Below, in pieces: positions 63,259-64,000 of a DNA stretch of 64,000 nt. The notes below the pieces were generated by a model. It ran no database searches. It worked only from the letters and a program-made list of their open reading frames with translations, and was not told the DNA's origin. Position 1 is the first letter of the stretch; each line of letters opens with the position of its first letter. Origin of the DNA: Gracilinanus agilis (Eukaryota); the NCBI RefSeq assembly GCF_016433145.1, contig NC_058130.1, forward strand, positions 755,179,455 to 755,243,454, given 5' to 3'. A program made the translations under genes and the position numbers.

Positions 63259-64000
63259 GTAAGGGGGGGAAAGGGTTTTTTTTGGGTTCAGTATATTAAA
63301 AGATGGTCACCAGAGGATTGAACTATTATCAATCCTTAATTAAGAATAATCTCAAGTCAAAATTGACTTTTATGGAAGTTTATTTACGATTAAGAAGAGA
63401 GATAGGAAATAAGGAAATAAGAATCTAACCCAGTAGGTAATTTATTACGATCCTCTAATTAATCCAGGTAGTTCTTAACCCTCAGCCGAGAGTTAGAGGG
63501 CCAGAGGCCTGGAGGTGAATGGAGCAAACTTCATTCACAGAGTCTACTAAAAGAAATTTCTTAAGAGAAGTCCAGGAAGATTCAGTCAGTCTTTAAATTC
63601 ACCACGTGGAATTCAAAGAAGATATTTAAAGCAGTCTCACTAGGGCAGGGGTCGGCAACGTATGGCTCTTTCTGCAGGAGCCATGAAGTAAATTTTTTTT
63701 CAGTCGCTGTTACAGGAGGGCACATTGTGAGCATTGTAGGGCTCTCACAAAATTACATTTTAAAAAATGTGGCATTTATGGCTCTCACAGCCAAAAAGGT
63801 TGCCAACCCCTGCACTAGGGTCTCAGCATTCCAACACTCCTCCATGAACCAGAAAAGGTCTGTCACTAGAAGCTCTCTTCCACTGAAAGACCTCTCACTC
63901 ACTCAACTCCCTCTTTTTAAAGGGGTCACTTATGCATCACTTCCTGTGCCTTCCTCCTAATTTGCATGTCCAATCACAATAGATGATTCTCATAATACTG
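63259..64000 (-). mobile_element. LTR of the same family as 59529-60198, inverted and truncated by the window end
   Basis: 63259-63395 is the reverse complement of about 60060-60198, and 63915-64000 matches the U3 motifs at 59670-59750. Confidence 0.85.
63646..63812. mobile_element. hAT MITE inserted in an LTR
   Basis: TIRs CAGGGGTCGGCAAC / GTTGCCAACCCCTG; perfect TSD CACTAGGG. Confidence 0.92.

Overview
This is mammalian genomic DNA, almost certainly marsupial and probably an opossum (didelphid). That assignment is inferred from the CORE-type SINEs with marsupial-style tails, MAR1-like SINEs, marsupial-type L1 ORF1 and young hAT MITEs. The window holds the conserved gene block also found at human 12q24.11. 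GPN3 (minus strand) is complete: 8 coding exons, 284 aa. FAM216A (plus strand) is complete: 7 coding exons, 251 aa, with one GC-AG intron. VPS29 (minus strand) is complete: 182 aa, or 186 aa with a 12-nt microexon. RAD9B (plus strand) is represented by its first three coding exons. GPN3/FAM216A and VPS29/RAD9B are head-to-head pairs on CpG islands, while FAM216A and VPS29 converge. The introns are dense with SINEs, L1, L2, CR1/L3 and RTE relics, solo LTRs and hAT MITEs, and there are two N gaps. I reconstructed the exons by hand from reading frame and splice signals; repeat family names come from recalled consensus features and need Dfam/RepeatMasker confirmation. I found no convincing new biological system. 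The best leads are: (1) a sense solo LTR in RAD9B intron 3 with TATA, ATG-TGG and a strong splice donor in the same phase as RAD9B exon 4; (2) an identical 13-mer at the FAM216A and RAD9B start codons; (3) an intragenic CpG-rich block in FAM216A; (4) a small templated insertion; (5) nested transposons useful for relative dating.
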